Positions 9,747-19,850 of a DNA stretch of 64,000 nucleotides are shown here, in pieces; within the stretch, counting starts at the first letter, position 1; every line of letters starts with the position of its first letter. The stretch comes from an uncultured archaeon (lineage in GTDB: Archaea > Asgardarchaeota > Lokiarchaeia > Sigyniarchaeales > SOKP01), in contig CAZALK010000001.1 in assembly GCA_964486045.1 (NCBI GenBank), positions 160,001 to 224,000 on the forward strand, in the 5' to 3' direction. The position numbers were made by a program, and so were the translations under genes. The notes under the pieces were generated by a model that searched no databases, was not told the origin of the DNA, and saw nothing but the letters and a program-made list of their open reading frames with translations.

Positions 9747-11351
9747 TTAGCGCTTTTGGTAGGCAATTTTACCATCTATTATCGTCATGAATATTGGGAT
9801 GTCTTTAATTCTATCTGGGGAAACTGTTAAGATATCTTCTTCGAGGATAACGAAATCTGCGAGTTTATTTGGTTCAATTGAGCCAAGAATATTTTCATCA
9901 AAAGAATGATAAGCAGCATTAATGGTGTAAAGTTTTAACGCTTCAATTACTGAGATCTTTTGACTTTTTCCAATTTCCCTCCCAGCTTTGGTTTTTCTGT
10001 TGACTAAAGCATGAATTGCCATGAGTGGTGGAAAAGGAGAGCAGGGGTGATCAGAATGTGCTGCAACTATAACACCAGCATCTAAGAAAGAACGAGCAGC
10101 AAACATATTTTCTAACCTCTTTTCACCAAAAGAGGGGATCAGTTTATCGCCATGGTAATATGGATAAGCACCAAAGATAGTAGGAAGCACGTTTAATTCT
10201 TTAATTCTTCTTACTAATATTTCGTTGACCACACTGCAATGGATATCCCTATTACGAGGGTCTTCTCTTGGAAAATTCTTTTGAAGCTCTTCAATAATAT
10301 CTAAGTATATTTTAATAGCACGATCTCCATTAGCGTGAGCAGAAATTCTAAACTCTTTTTCATAGGCTTTTGTAAGAAGTTCAGTAGCTATTTCTTTGGT
10401 AGTTGACATCACTCCGTAAAAATCTGGTTTATCTAAATATGGTTCTGAGACGGCTGCTGTCCTTGCTGAGACTGCCCCATCAAAGAAGAATTTTAACCCG
10501 CAAATACGAACCCAGTCATCCCCGAGTCCTCTATATATACCAAGTTTATCTAACTCTTCAAGAAGTTCGATGGTAACATCCATTCTAATCCTAATAGGAA
10601 GTTCTCCATGGTTTTTTAAATCAATTGCTGCTCGGATCTCTGATTTTCCAACTAAATCATATACGCATGTTAAACCAACTGAACTACATTCATTCAGAAT
10701 CTGTTTAGCTCCTGAATAAGATTGATTTCGACTCGGTTGTGGAGGTCCTTCAGATCTCAGAGAAAAATAGGCTCCCTCATGAAGACCCCCAGTTAATTCC
10801 CCGGATTCTTGATTCCTATCAAATTTTCCTCCTTCTGGGTCAGGCGAATCCTTTGTGATATTCGAAAGTTCAAAAGTTTTTGAATTTGCCATCCAAAAAT
10901 GACCTCCAACAGTAGTTATTAAAATAGGGTGTTCTTTGGAGATTGCATCAAGTTCTATTCTATTTGGGTGTCTTTTCTCTTCAAGTTTTGAATCATCTTC
11001 TTGATATCCAAAAATCCAATCACCTATAGGTGTGTGTTCTGCTTTTGTTTTTAGAATTTTTTGAATATCAGAGATTGAATGAATTCCAGCTTCTTCACTT
11101 AGATCAACATATATTTGCTTAGAGGAACCCTCATTTATAAAATGTCCATGTGAATCGATTAATCCGGGGATTACTGTTTTCCCTAAGAGATCTATTATTT
11201 TAGTTTCCTCCCCACCATATTTATCGACATCAGAATTGCTTCCAACGGTTATTATCCTATTAAACTTAACAGCTAAAGCTTGGAATACAGATTCTTGAGG
11301 ATTTAAACTTATAATCTTGCCGTTCCTTAGAATGAGGTCAGCAAAAATCAT
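9747..11351 (-). CDS. metal-dependent amidohydrolase (Amidohydro_3/YtcJ-like)
   Basis: PGLIDSHGH, KFFFDG, HANGDRA, SDHP, YTINAAY, LADFVIL. Confidence 0.92.
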   Translation of the reverse strand: MIFADLILRNGKIISLNPQESVFQALAVKFNRIITVGSNSDVDKYGGEETKIIDLLGKTVIPGLIDSHGHFINEGSSKQIYVDLSEEAGIHSISDIQKILKTKAEHTPIGDWIFGYQEDDSKLEEKRHPNRIELDAISKEHPILITTVGGHFWMANSKTFELSNITKDSPDPEGGKFDRNQESGELTGGLHEGAYFSLRSEGPPQPSRNQSYSGAKQILNECSSVGLTCVYDLVGKSEIRAAIDLKNHGELPIRIRMDVTIELLEELDKLGIYRGLGDDWVRICGLKFFFDGAVSARTAAVSEPYLDKPDFYGVMSTTKEIATELLTKAYEKEFRISAHANGDRAIKIYLDIIEELQKNFPREDPRNRDIHCSVVNEILVRRIKELNVLPTIFGAYPYYHGDKLIPSFGEKRLENMFAARSFLDAGVIVAAHSDHPCSPFPPLMAIHALVNRKTKAGREIGKSQKISVIEALKLYTINAAYHSFDENILGSIEPNKLADFVILEEDILTVSPDRIKDIPIFMTIIDGKIAYQKR

Positions 11352-11472
11352 TATACTTTTATCAAAAATGCATTTGATTTAATAATTACTGTTTTTGTAG
11401 TATTTTTCAGAAAGCTATGATAGAAAGAATACAATAAAGGAGAGAAGAAACTTTAAGAATTTAAGAAGAAAA

Positions 11473-11526
11473 TTAGTCTCCGATTATAATATATCCTATA
11501 AACGCTAATAAGGTAAATATTGCCAT
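11473..11526 (-). CDS. putative 17-aa hydrophobic peptide MAIFTLLAFIGYIIIGD
   Basis: ATG preceded by GGAGGTT SD and by the T-run/TATA element at 11574-11591; not in ORF track. Confidence 0.55.
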   Translation of the reverse strand: MAIFTLLAFIGYIIIGD

Positions 11527-11573
11527 TTTTAACCTCCAAAATTAATTTGATTATTACATTGAATTTTGGTAAA

Positions 11574-11591
11574 TATATATAAAGAAAAAAA
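11574..11591 (-). promoter_or_regulatory. T-run/TATA promoter element (peptide ORF)
   Basis: TTTTTTTCTTTATATATA on minus strand. Confidence 0.65.
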
Positions 11592-11635
11592 TGGAAAAAA
11601 TTGGATTTTAAAAATCTAGATGTAAATTTATAGAT

Positions 11636-12229
11636 ATGATTGTTGATCACGTCGATAAAACAATTAGTATAAAAATTGTATATTTTGGACCGGCTCTTTC
11701 TGGTAAGACAACTTCAATAAAAACTTTATTTTCTCTTTTTGGTAAGGAGGAGGAAATATGTAGTATTGAAAGTACAGTAAATAGAACTTTATTCTTTGAT
11801 TATGGTATTGTTTCCTTTCAAAATCAGGATTGGAAGATCAAAATTCATATTTATACTACAACTGGCCAGGATTTCTATATAATAACTAGGTTAATTACAT
11901 TACATGCGGTAGATGGAATCATCTTTGTATTAGACTCTCAAAAAGAAGTTTACGACCGAAATTTGGCATCTTGGAAAGAACTTCTTTCATATTTTAGTGA
12001 ATCTATTGAAACCATTCCAACTATTATAGCATTTAACAAACAAGATTTGCCTATAAAATTTAATCCTGAAACGTTCTTGCATAACATTAATTTTGGGAAA
12101 TATAAAAACATTGATACAATATATACCAGTGCAAAACTAGGAGAAGGTATTTTGGACTGTTTTGAAAATATTTTGCAATTAATTTTAAAAAAATACTATA
12201 AAAACAAAATAGTTAATGTATTAAATTAA
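11636..12229 (+). CDS. MglA-like small GTPase
   Basis: KIVYFGPALSGKTT, RTLFFD, TTGQ, DGIIFVLDS, NKQD. Confidence 0.88.
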   Translation: MIVDHVDKTISIKIVYFGPALSGKTTSIKTLFSLFGKEEEICSIESTVNRTLFFDYGIVSFQNQDWKIKIHIYTTTGQDFYIITRLITLHAVDGIIFVLDSQKEVYDRNLASWKELLSYFSESIETIPTIIAFNKQDLPIKFNPETFLHNINFGKYKNIDTIYTSAKLGEGILDCFENILQLILKKYYKNKIVNVLN

Positions 12230-12265
12230 AAAAGAAAAAGAGATATCTTATTTTTTCTTCCTTGT

Positions 12266-14179
12266 TTAGCTAAGCAACCATTCCAATTTTAATTTCTTTA
12301 AGGTTTCTTCAGTAGGGTTTCCAGTTTCATCGTCCCATCCGGCCTTTTTATAATACATTTCCTGAGCCTTATAGAATTTCTCCTTATCAATCCCAATGCC
12401 TTTTCCGGGACCTTCAGTGAGAGGTTTAAAAACACGTTCTGGTAATTTATCATCTTCTTTCGTAAAACCTTCTCGCGCATTAAAATACCTCATCATATTA
12501 ATCCTACGCGCTCCAACTTCTAAAAGTTCTTTTATAGTCGTATTCCACCCAATTCCGTATTTACATAAATCCAACAAGTTATCGGGACCATAAAGCTGCC
12601 AAGCAATACCCCAGACAAACTGACAAAGGCCTAAAGAATCTGTCATAGAATAAAAACATTGACCATCGAAAATATATCGAATTTTATTTTCATCCAAAAT
12701 GGTTGAATTTGCGTAGTGATTATAATCTCCAATCATATCTATACGACCTTTAAAAGGATTTCCAGGGATTGCGATCATAGTATCATGTTCACAAATTTCA
12801 TGATCTGCACCATAGGGATTTATAGAATAGGCAATTCCTAAACCAGGTTTAATTTGAGGCATATGAGCTGGTAATTCTTGCCCTTTAACACCCATAAATA
12901 AAGGAATTGCTTTTTCACCGAGTTGATCAGCACATCTTTTACTTCCTTCTGCGAGAAAATCTCCAAATCCTTCTCTTTTTGCTATTTTCTCTGTTAAAAT
13001 CGGAAGGACATCTTTATTCCCAAAGGTTAGTTCTAATCCTTCAGTTTTCTCTTTTGTGAGAATCCCTTTTTCAAAGCATTCCATAGCGAAAGCAATAGTT
13101 GCCCCGGTGGAAACAGTATCAAGCCCGTACATATTACATAACTGATTACATATGCAAACAGTCTCTAAATCAGTTACTCCACAATAAGAGCCAAAACTGG
13201 CCAAAGTTTCATATTCTGGACCTCCATATTTAGGATAAACCTTCCCAGGAATGTCAATTACTCTTTTACACCTCACAGCACAAGCATAGCAAGTTTCTCT
13301 TTTTTTTAAAATCCCAGTTTCAACCATTTTTCTTCCATCAATATTGGGTGCATCTTCTAGATACCCTTCTGAATAATTTTTAGATGGAAGAAAACCACTT
13401 CTATTTTGGGTAAATAAGAAAGTTCCAGTTCCACCAGAGCCCCACCCGTCTGCAAATCCTTTAATTCTACCTATCATTTCAGAAGAACTAGTTAATGAAT
13501 TAAATCCTTCTTTATCGTAAGGTACTATCGTTGTTTTTCTTTTAACTACGACAGCTTTCAAGTTTTTTGATCCCATTACTGCTCCTGTACCATTTCTTCC
13601 ATTTGCTCTTGTCAGATTATTTATCACACAAGCATATTTGACAAGATTTTCCCCTGCTGGTCCTATTTGGGCAACTTCAATATCTGTATCTCCAATTTCT
13701 TTTTTGATTATTTCTTCCGCATCCCCGGTTATTTTACCCCACACATTTTTTGCATCTTTAAGTTCAATTTCTTCTCCATCAATATACACATATAATGGAC
13801 TATCAGCTTTCCCACGAAAGATGATAGCATCATATCCGTTAGCTTTTAAGAATACAGGGAAATCACCTCCAGCTTGACTATCCCCACAACCCCCGGTCAA
13901 TGGGCTTTTTGTTGAAATTGTTAACCTACTTAAACCACTGACAGGTAAACCAGCAAACGGTGATACTGAAAAGACTAGTATATTATCAGGAGAAAAGGGA
14001 TCTATTTTGGGACCCATTTCTTGCAGCATTAGGTATACACCTAAAGCAGAACCTCCTGGATATAATCTATATATATCACCTGGGAGTGTTCTTTTGGAGA
14101 TTTTTTTGTTTGTTAAGTCTATATCCAAAATTTTTGCTTCTGGGAATGAAACCTTTGATTTATCTTCTGTTATTGTCAT
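12266..14179 (-). CDS. aor: tungsten-dependent aldehyde:ferredoxin oxidoreductase family
   Basis: KSPLTG, GRNGTGAVMGSKNLKAV, CYACAVRC, EYET, DSLGLC, DDKLPER. Confidence 0.93.
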   Translation of the reverse strand: MTITEDKSKVSFPEAKILDIDLTNKKISKRTLPGDIYRLYPGGSALGVYLMLQEMGPKIDPFSPDNILVFSVSPFAGLPVSGLSRLTISTKSPLTGGCGDSQAGGDFPVFLKANGYDAIIFRGKADSPLYVYIDGEEIELKDAKNVWGKITGDAEEIIKKEIGDTDIEVAQIGPAGENLVKYACVINNLTRANGRNGTGAVMGSKNLKAVVVKRKTTIVPYDKEGFNSLTSSSEMIGRIKGFADGWGSGGTGTFLFTQNRSGFLPSKNYSEGYLEDAPNIDGRKMVETGILKKRETCYACAVRCKRVIDIPGKVYPKYGGPEYETLASFGSYCGVTDLETVCICNQLCNMYGLDTVSTGATIAFAMECFEKGILTKEKTEGLELTFGNKDVLPILTEKIAKREGFGDFLAEGSKRCADQLGEKAIPLFMGVKGQELPAHMPQIKPGLGIAYSINPYGADHEICEHDTMIAIPGNPFKGRIDMIGDYNHYANSTILDENKIRYIFDGQCFYSMTDSLGLCQFVWGIAWQLYGPDNLLDLCKYGIGWNTTIKELLEVGARRINMMRYFNAREGFTKEDDKLPERVFKPLTEGPGKGIGIDKEKFYKAQEMYYKKAGWDDETGNPTEETLKKLKLEWLLS

Positions 14180-14320
14180 TTTTTTAAAGACTCCATTATT
14201 TAATTTTATATTTTGACATTATTTTTAATAAAATTCCACAATTATAATCTAAAATCAGACAAAAATAAAAAAGGCTTCGAGATAAATGTATTATGAAAAA
14301 CCCCAAACCATAGATATTTG

Positions 14321-15211
14321 TTATAATTTCAGTTTTTTAAGCTTAGTTTGTGCTTTCTTCTTAAGTTTTTTCTCATATTTATTTAGGAATTTTTCTTTTA
14401 GGAGGAGCTCCTTATTTCGGATTAATTGCCTTAGTGCTATTATGATAAAAAATTTCCCATATTCATCCTGAAATAAAGCAGATATTTCTTTGAAAATCTT
14501 TTTTGTGCTCTTTGAATTATAAATTGCTTGATTTCTTAAGAGGTTCGTTTGCATTAGGATCGAGCTTATATTTTCTACTAAGGTGGACTTCGCATTTCGG
14601 TCATAGAACCGTGCAATCTTATAGTTATTATAAGTTGTACATAAAAGATTCCAATTTGGGATATATGTGAAATTTACGTTACGAATAAAGAAAGATTCAA
14701 ATCTTTTTCTAAATAAATTCGGAGCTATTGTATCCGAATTAGTGAAATGAAGCCCAAAGGGTAATGTTGCAGTAATTTTTTCTTCTTTATATATAATATT
14801 TACATAATAAACTCTCCCTCTATATAGTTGATGTAGCCTTATTTCAGCTGGAGAGATCTTCATGTTTCTAGCATGTTTTGGATCCTTAGGGGAACCCACA
14901 CATCTCCCATCTCCATATAAAATCCATAGTACATAAATTCCTCTATTATTATAATCTTTAGTTCGAGCTGTAATTTCTCTGGATGTTATAGGAGAATTTT
15001 GAATCTCGATAGCTACTTCTTGACCTGATTTTAATTTAAAATAAACATCAGCACGTCGTGACTTAAAATATTTTTCTAAAGATGCTTCAGCGATATTAGA
15101 ATTATTCTCTAAAATTTTCTTGTAAAGCAATTGTTTTATTACTTTATGAGCAAATGACTCCGATTTAGATTCAATTTTAGGGATTAAGGAATTCAATAAT
15201 TTATATTTCAT
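14321..15211 (-). CDS. CoiA-like PD-(D/E)xK nuclease domain protein
   Basis: ES..H...K, E.YF..RRADV, AIEIQNSPIT, RT..Y...GIYVLWI. Confidence 0.75.
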   Translation of the reverse strand: MKYKLLNSLIPKIESKSESFAHKVIKQLLYKKILENNSNIAEASLEKYFKSRRADVYFKLKSGQEVAIEIQNSPITSREITARTKDYNNRGIYVLWILYGDGRCVGSPKDPKHARNMKISPAEIRLHQLYRGRVYYVNIIYKEEKITATLPFGLHFTNSDTIAPNLFRKRFESFFIRNVNFTYIPNWNLLCTTYNNYKIARFYDRNAKSTLVENISSILMQTNLLRNQAIYNSKSTKKIFKEISALFQDEYGKFFIIIALRQLIRNKELLLKEKFLNKYEKKLKKKAQTKLKKLKL

Positions 15212-15227
15212 GATTTAAAAGAAATTA

Positions 15228-15407
15228 TCAAATGAGATTCTCTATCAGGGGTTCTCTTTTCAACTTAGTAACAATACATTTTGTATGAAAATAATAGGAG
15301 TTATCAGCATGAAATTTCCCATTAATAAAGTCACCTACTCGTATTAGAAAATTCTTAGGTACCTCTTTTTGTTCGATGAATGCACCACATATAGCACAAA
15401 CTCCCAT
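15228..15407 (-). CDS. 59-aa zinc-finger protein (CxxC...HxxC)
   Basis: Not in ORF track. MGVCAICGAFIEQKEVPKNFLIRVGDFINGKFHADNSYYFHTKCIVTKLKREPLIENLI, ending 16 nt before the CoiA-like gene. Confidence 0.75.
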   Translation of the reverse strand: MGVCAICGAFIEQKEVPKNFLIRVGDFINGKFHADNSYYFHTKCIVTKLKREPLIENLI

Positions 15408-15572
15408 GAGATTTTTAAACCCCTATTTATTTAAGTTAAAAGCCTAAGAAAAAAAAAGAATATCTCCGATTTAAATGAAAAGACAATGGAAATTTTTAGG
15501 TTTCTATTTACTTAAAGAATTAAATTCTATTACTAAGTAACACTTAACTTATTTCAAAAAATCAGTTTTCTC

Positions 15573-15586
15573 TTTTTCTTTATATA
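15573..15586 (+). promoter_or_regulatory. T-run/TATA promoter element
   Basis: TTTTTCTTTATATA in a divergent intergenic region. Confidence 0.7.
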
Positions 15587-15633
15587 CACTGAACGAATTA
15601 TGATCATAATATTATATTGAAAGGTGACAAAAA

Positions 15634-16317
15634 ATAGTAGACACTCATAATCAAAGTTTTTTTGGACAATCCACCGGGATGTTTATTCAGAGCTCTTCTA
15701 AAAAAGAATCTTTTATTTTTATGAAATTTATTAAAAAGAAGGGAGATGGATCCTGGGAAAAATTATCAACAAGAGAAGGAAAAACTATAAAGGTTGGTTT
15801 AGAAGAAGTCGTAATGATTCTTGAAGTGCTGAAAAAAAAGATTAAATCTTGGTCCACTATTCACAGTTTTAAAGATGATAAAACACCTATTTCTGTCAGT
15901 TGGGAGGGAGACAGCAAAGTGTGGTTTAATATAGGTAATTACCCCAAGATGTTAGGTTTTGCTCAAATTGAGATTTTGAAGTTATTGCTCTTACATCTCC
16001 TTGAAGAGAAAATTGAATTTGCCACTACATCTGATATGCCTAAAAATCAGGTTGTTGTGGAACAAAATGTAGTCAAGAAGCAAGAAAAAGTTGAACTCAC
16101 CGTAATAGAGGAAACCAATCCCGAAAGTGATCTTCAGAAAGTAGAAGGAATGATTACTGGAGAGACCGAAAAAGCTGTTCTTCTCAAATTAAATAATGGA
16201 GCTGAAAATTGGTTTCCAAAATCTACGATCAAATCTCAATATTCTCCTGAAAAGGAAACTTCCCAAACATTCTTAATAGACTCTTGGATAATTGAAAAAA
16301 ATAAAATCCCTGTTTAA
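15634..16317 (+). CDS. putative Whirly/PC4-like ssDNA-binding protein with small C-terminal beta domain; probable ATA start (track start 15679)
   Basis: Two beta-beta-beta-alpha-like repeats (F.KF...W.....I...LEE..IL.V; H.F....I.V...F.I.....AQ.E.L..L). C-terminal ETEKAV...WFPKS..I.SW. GGTGA 6 nt before an in-frame ATA. Confidence 0.5.
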   Translation: MVDTHNQSFFGQSTGMFIQSSSKKESFIFMKFIKKKGDGSWEKLSTREGKTIKVGLEEVVMILEVLKKKIKSWSTIHSFKDDKTPISVSWEGDSKVWFNIGNYPKMLGFAQIEILKLLLLHLLEEKIEFATTSDMPKNQVVVEQNVVKKQEKVELTVIEETNPESDLQKVEGMITGETEKAVLLKLNNGAENWFPKSTIKSQYSPEKETSQTFLIDSWIIEKNKIPV

Positions 16318-16435
16318 TATTAGTTTTTTTTTTAATATCAAGAGTTTTTATTAATATTCTTTATTTCTAATTTCTTAATAAATTCTTTATTACAATATTA
16401 ATTGTTAATTTTATTGAGACTCATGCTTTAAATTT

Positions 16436-17377
16436 TTGAAAATGAATAAAATCTTTATTAAATCTCAAGCTAATAATGTGAAAGAAACCAAGATAAGAGA
16501 TGACGTTTTATCCTCTGAAATGAATTATCCACTATTTAACTCGTTTACATTTGTAAAAGGGATTGGTGAAAAAACAGAAACAACACTCAAAGAATTAGGA
16601 ATAAATAGTTGGGAGGATGTGATAAAAAAGAAATGTCCTGAACTGTTTCCAAAACAAAAATGGCATGCCTTATGGAATGGCGTCAATTCAGTCTTAGAGG
16701 CACTAAAAATTCTTGACATTTCCCAATTAACAAGTCTCTTACCCAAAATACAACATTGGAAGATGATTCCAAACTTTCTTGACCGAATCGCCTACCTCGA
16801 TATTGAAACGACAGGGTTAAGTCCTCAATATAGCTATATAACGACAATTGCTGTTTATGATGGAAAGAGAGTTCACGATTTTGTCCGAGGTGAAAATTTA
16901 AATGAATTTCCTAGGTTTATTTCAAAATTTCCTGCAATAACAACTTTTTATGGCAAGGCTTTCGATATTCCGTTTATCAAGCAAGAAATGGGAATTAACT
17001 TTAATCAAATCCATTTTGATGTGTGCTTCTTACTCAGGAAATTAAAGATTAAAGGAGGATTAAAAAGAATTGAGAAAAGGTTTGGAATTTCGCGCGGAAG
17101 TCTCGAAGACTTGGATGGCTATTCTGCGGTACTCTTGTGGAAAAAATTTAAGAAAAGCCAAAAAAAAGAATATCTCGAGACTTTATTAGCCTATAATAAC
17201 GAAGATGTTATCAATCTCGAGTTCCTCTTATATCAAGCTTATAATCTTCTAATAGAAAAAGAACACGTCTTTACATCCCCTTTAGAATTTCCAAAAAAGA
17301 AGGTAAAGAATCCCTTTCTGGCAAACAAACGGGTCGTAGATGAAATATTAGGGAGAGGGATCAATTTGTACAGTTAA
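16436..17377 (+). CDS. RNase H-like DEDD 3'-5' exonuclease (YprB/RNase_H_2-like) with N-terminal HhH
   Basis: KGIGEKTE HhH, YLDIETTGL, FYGKAFDIPF, GGLKRIE, YNNEDV. Confidence 0.88.
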   Translation: MKMNKIFIKSQANNVKETKIRDDVLSSEMNYPLFNSFTFVKGIGEKTETTLKELGINSWEDVIKKKCPELFPKQKWHALWNGVNSVLEALKILDISQLTSLLPKIQHWKMIPNFLDRIAYLDIETTGLSPQYSYITTIAVYDGKRVHDFVRGENLNEFPRFISKFPAITTFYGKAFDIPFIKQEMGINFNQIHFDVCFLLRKLKIKGGLKRIEKRFGISRGSLEDLDGYSAVLLWKKFKKSQKKEYLETLLAYNNEDVINLEFLLYQAYNLLIEKEHVFTSPLEFPKKKVKNPFLANKRVVDEILGRGINLYS

Positions 17378-17531
17378 TACTCTCTATTCTATATCTCTCT
17401 TTACTTTACTTCTAGTAAAAATATTGATAGATTTACATTTAATACGTTAACTTAAAGAACCTTAATCTTTATTTTTGTTTAAAGAATGCCATGAATTTGT
17501 AATAAAACATGAAACTTCTTCTACTCAAGAA

Positions 17532-19046
17532 TTAATCTAGAACCAATACACCATCTGTAAAAATAAAAGTTATCCGGTTTTCTCTTATCCATTCCTTTCC
17601 AAATTCTTCTCTATACTCGGGATCAGAATATTTATCGTTAGTGATAAATCTGCAATTTTGTTTTCGAGCTAACTTTAACACGAATATATCTGCCTTCCTA
17701 TCAGCAGGTGCTTGTCTGATAATTCCTTCTTTTACTAACTTCCTAAACTCAACTTCATCATCAACATGGTGCAATGTATTGGCATCTGTTATAAGGATCG
17801 GGTAAAAATCTTCAGAAATGATCTGGTCATTGATGAGAAGAACGTTTTGTGTTTGCATGTTTTGATTTTTGTCTAAGTCTGCCATTAAAATATTAGTAAG
17901 ATCTACTATAACTTTCTTAAGATTTTTTGTACTGTTAGAAAGACTGTTTCTCACTAAATTTTTATTATTAGAACTAGACGGTACTGATTGAATTCCTAAT
18001 TTATTCTCAATTTCATCTAAAGTCTCAAACATCCACGCTTTGAATATTGGAAAATCTTTAACAGAAGGTATTGTACTACTTATTATTTTTTTTATGCTAC
18101 TACTCACTTTCTTGACCTCCCTTATTTTTACCTTATTTTTTTCATTATATTTATTTGCGATTGGGGGAATATTGAGCTCTTTCAAAATAGATTCAAAATC
18201 AATACAGTCAGTCTCAGTGAGCTGGTATTGTGAAAGACCCATTTCTGACCACTCCTTTACAAAAGATTCGGGAATCCCTTCTTTCCAGTGGTGATTTCTT
18301 AAGTAATTATATAATTCCACAGGATTAAAAAGCTGTCTTAGACCAAGGTGGGAAGAATTAACTTTCTTACTACGATAATCATGTAAGAGCTGAATAAATT
18401 CCTTCCCTATATTTTTATTACGGGTAACTAAAATCCCGTATTCATCAGAAAAATCTTGTAATTTCTCATTAATACATTTTTTCCCCTGAGATACGTCATT
18501 TATTTGTAATTGGGAAATGTCTGGTGTCTCGATCTCGAAATAATTACTTGTGAATTCTAATATTTTAGTCCAATATTTTGGATCAAAGTCATTTAGTAAC
18601 TGTGGAAGGGTGTCCAGAGAGTTATTTTGGTTGAGTTCTGTAAAAATCCGGGAGGAGACCATCTTAATTTTTTGAATGGTATCTTGTAATATTTCTTTAT
18701 TACCTGAGCTGGTAATAAGGTACTCTTCAAAGTCTAAATCTTGTTCATCTAAATTGAGAAAATAATTGCTTTTTTTGTTGTAAAATACAAATGTGCTTCC
18801 ATTTACTAACTCAGAAACATTCACGCGAACATTTAGAACACAACGGATGTTTTTAAGACTCATAACCTCCTTAACTTTATCTTTGTCTAAATTATAAATA
18901 AAATAAAGTGATGGTAATTGAGAATATGTATTTGTTGATTCAAATTCTAATAAATCCTTTAAATTATGTAACGCTGTTGACTCTAAATCTACGATGTTAT
19001 GTCCTGCTGTAAAAATTTCAAGTGAATGAAGATGTTTTAAGTCCAC
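17532..19046 (-). CDS. hypothetical protein with C-terminal NYN/Zc3h12a-like PIN ribonuclease domain
   Basis: VIVDLTNI, ITDANT.H.VDD, AD.FVLKLA, ITNDKY.D. Confidence 0.7.
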   Translation of the reverse strand: MDLKHLHSLEIFTAGHNIVDLESTALHNLKDLLEFESTNTYSQLPSLYFIYNLDKDKVKEVMSLKNIRCVLNVRVNVSELVNGSTFVFYNKKSNYFLNLDEQDLDFEEYLITSSGNKEILQDTIQKIKMVSSRIFTELNQNNSLDTLPQLLNDFDPKYWTKILEFTSNYFEIETPDISQLQINDVSQGKKCINEKLQDFSDEYGILVTRNKNIGKEFIQLLHDYRSKKVNSSHLGLRQLFNPVELYNYLRNHHWKEGIPESFVKEWSEMGLSQYQLTETDCIDFESILKELNIPPIANKYNEKNKVKIREVKKVSSSIKKIISSTIPSVKDFPIFKAWMFETLDEIENKLGIQSVPSSSNNKNLVRNSLSNSTKNLKKVIVDLTNILMADLDKNQNMQTQNVLLINDQIISEDFYPILITDANTLHHVDDEVEFRKLVKEGIIRQAPADRKADIFVLKLARKQNCRFITNDKYSDPEYREEFGKEWIRENRITFIFTDGVLVLD

Positions 19047-19167
19047 ATAGGGAAAAATAACTATATTCTTCTGCTGAAAAAATAAAATATTTAAAAATTC
19101 AGGAGTAATAAAATCAGTTCCAGTATCTACTTTTCATCACCTTCTCTGGTATAGCTATGTAAATAAT

Positions 19168-19812
19168 TTATTCTTTAAAATATTCAAATATAACTTGTAG
19201 AAGAATATGCTTAAAGCACTCTACGACATTCTTTCCTTGCAGGGCTTCTGCTGGATATACTACTTTTGAACCATCAGGATACGATTCAACCAATGGTAAA
19301 CCGAGAGCGATTTTAAATTTGTTGATCTCAATAGCATTTAATAAATCGCGCTTGTTCAATTGGACTTGATATGGTACGTTCTTAGAAGACGCAAAACCTA
19401 CCAACTCTCGAAAACTTCTTTTATTTTGCTCTAGCTTCTTGGGATCAGAATCCCCAATAAATACTATTCCATCTGCCCCATCTAACACATATTCCCTTGT
19501 TGATAAAAATCGCTCTTGACCGGTACACGTGACAACATGCGTAATGATATTAAATTTAGTATTATGTAATGTAAAATCAAACAAGAGATAAAGAGAATCT
19601 TCCCATAGCGTTCTCCCTTCTGTCGTTTCTATGGAATACCCTTTAGAGAGCCGCAACAAATCAAACTTCTCTCGTAATCTAAAGAAATTTGTAGTTTTTC
19701 CACTTTCTCCAGGTCCCCAGTACACGATTTTGAACTGGAGCATATTACTCCTATCGTTAAAATCGAAATCATTTCCGAGTTCTAACTGATTCTTATTTTC
19801 ATGCAATTCCAT
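19168..19812 (-). CDS. MglA-like small GTPase
   Basis: KIVYWGPGESGKTTN, GRTL, TGQERF, ADGIVF, NKRD. Confidence 0.88.
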   Translation of the reverse strand: MELHENKNQLELGNDFDFNDRSNMLQFKIVYWGPGESGKTTNFFRLREKFDLLRLSKGYSIETTEGRTLWEDSLYLLFDFTLHNTKFNIITHVVTCTGQERFLSTREYVLDGADGIVFIGDSDPKKLEQNKRSFRELVGFASSKNVPYQVQLNKRDLLNAIEINKFKIALGLPLVESYPDGSKVVYPAEALQGKNVVECFKHILLQVIFEYFKE

Positions 19813-19850
19813 CTAACCACCGCTAAATTATAGTTATTTTATTGATATTC

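Noticed and set aside
11453-11650. 65-aa minus-strand ORF in the track
   Set aside because: Low-complexity translation running through promoter DNA. The 17-aa ORF in another frame has the SD and promoter.
14774-14795. Motif-like TTTTTTCTTCTTTATATAT inside the CoiA-like CDS (similar partial match near 23980)
   Set aside because: Intragenic reverse complement of Lys/Glu codons with no downstream start. It shows that partial chance matches occur at this AT content, so these were not counted.
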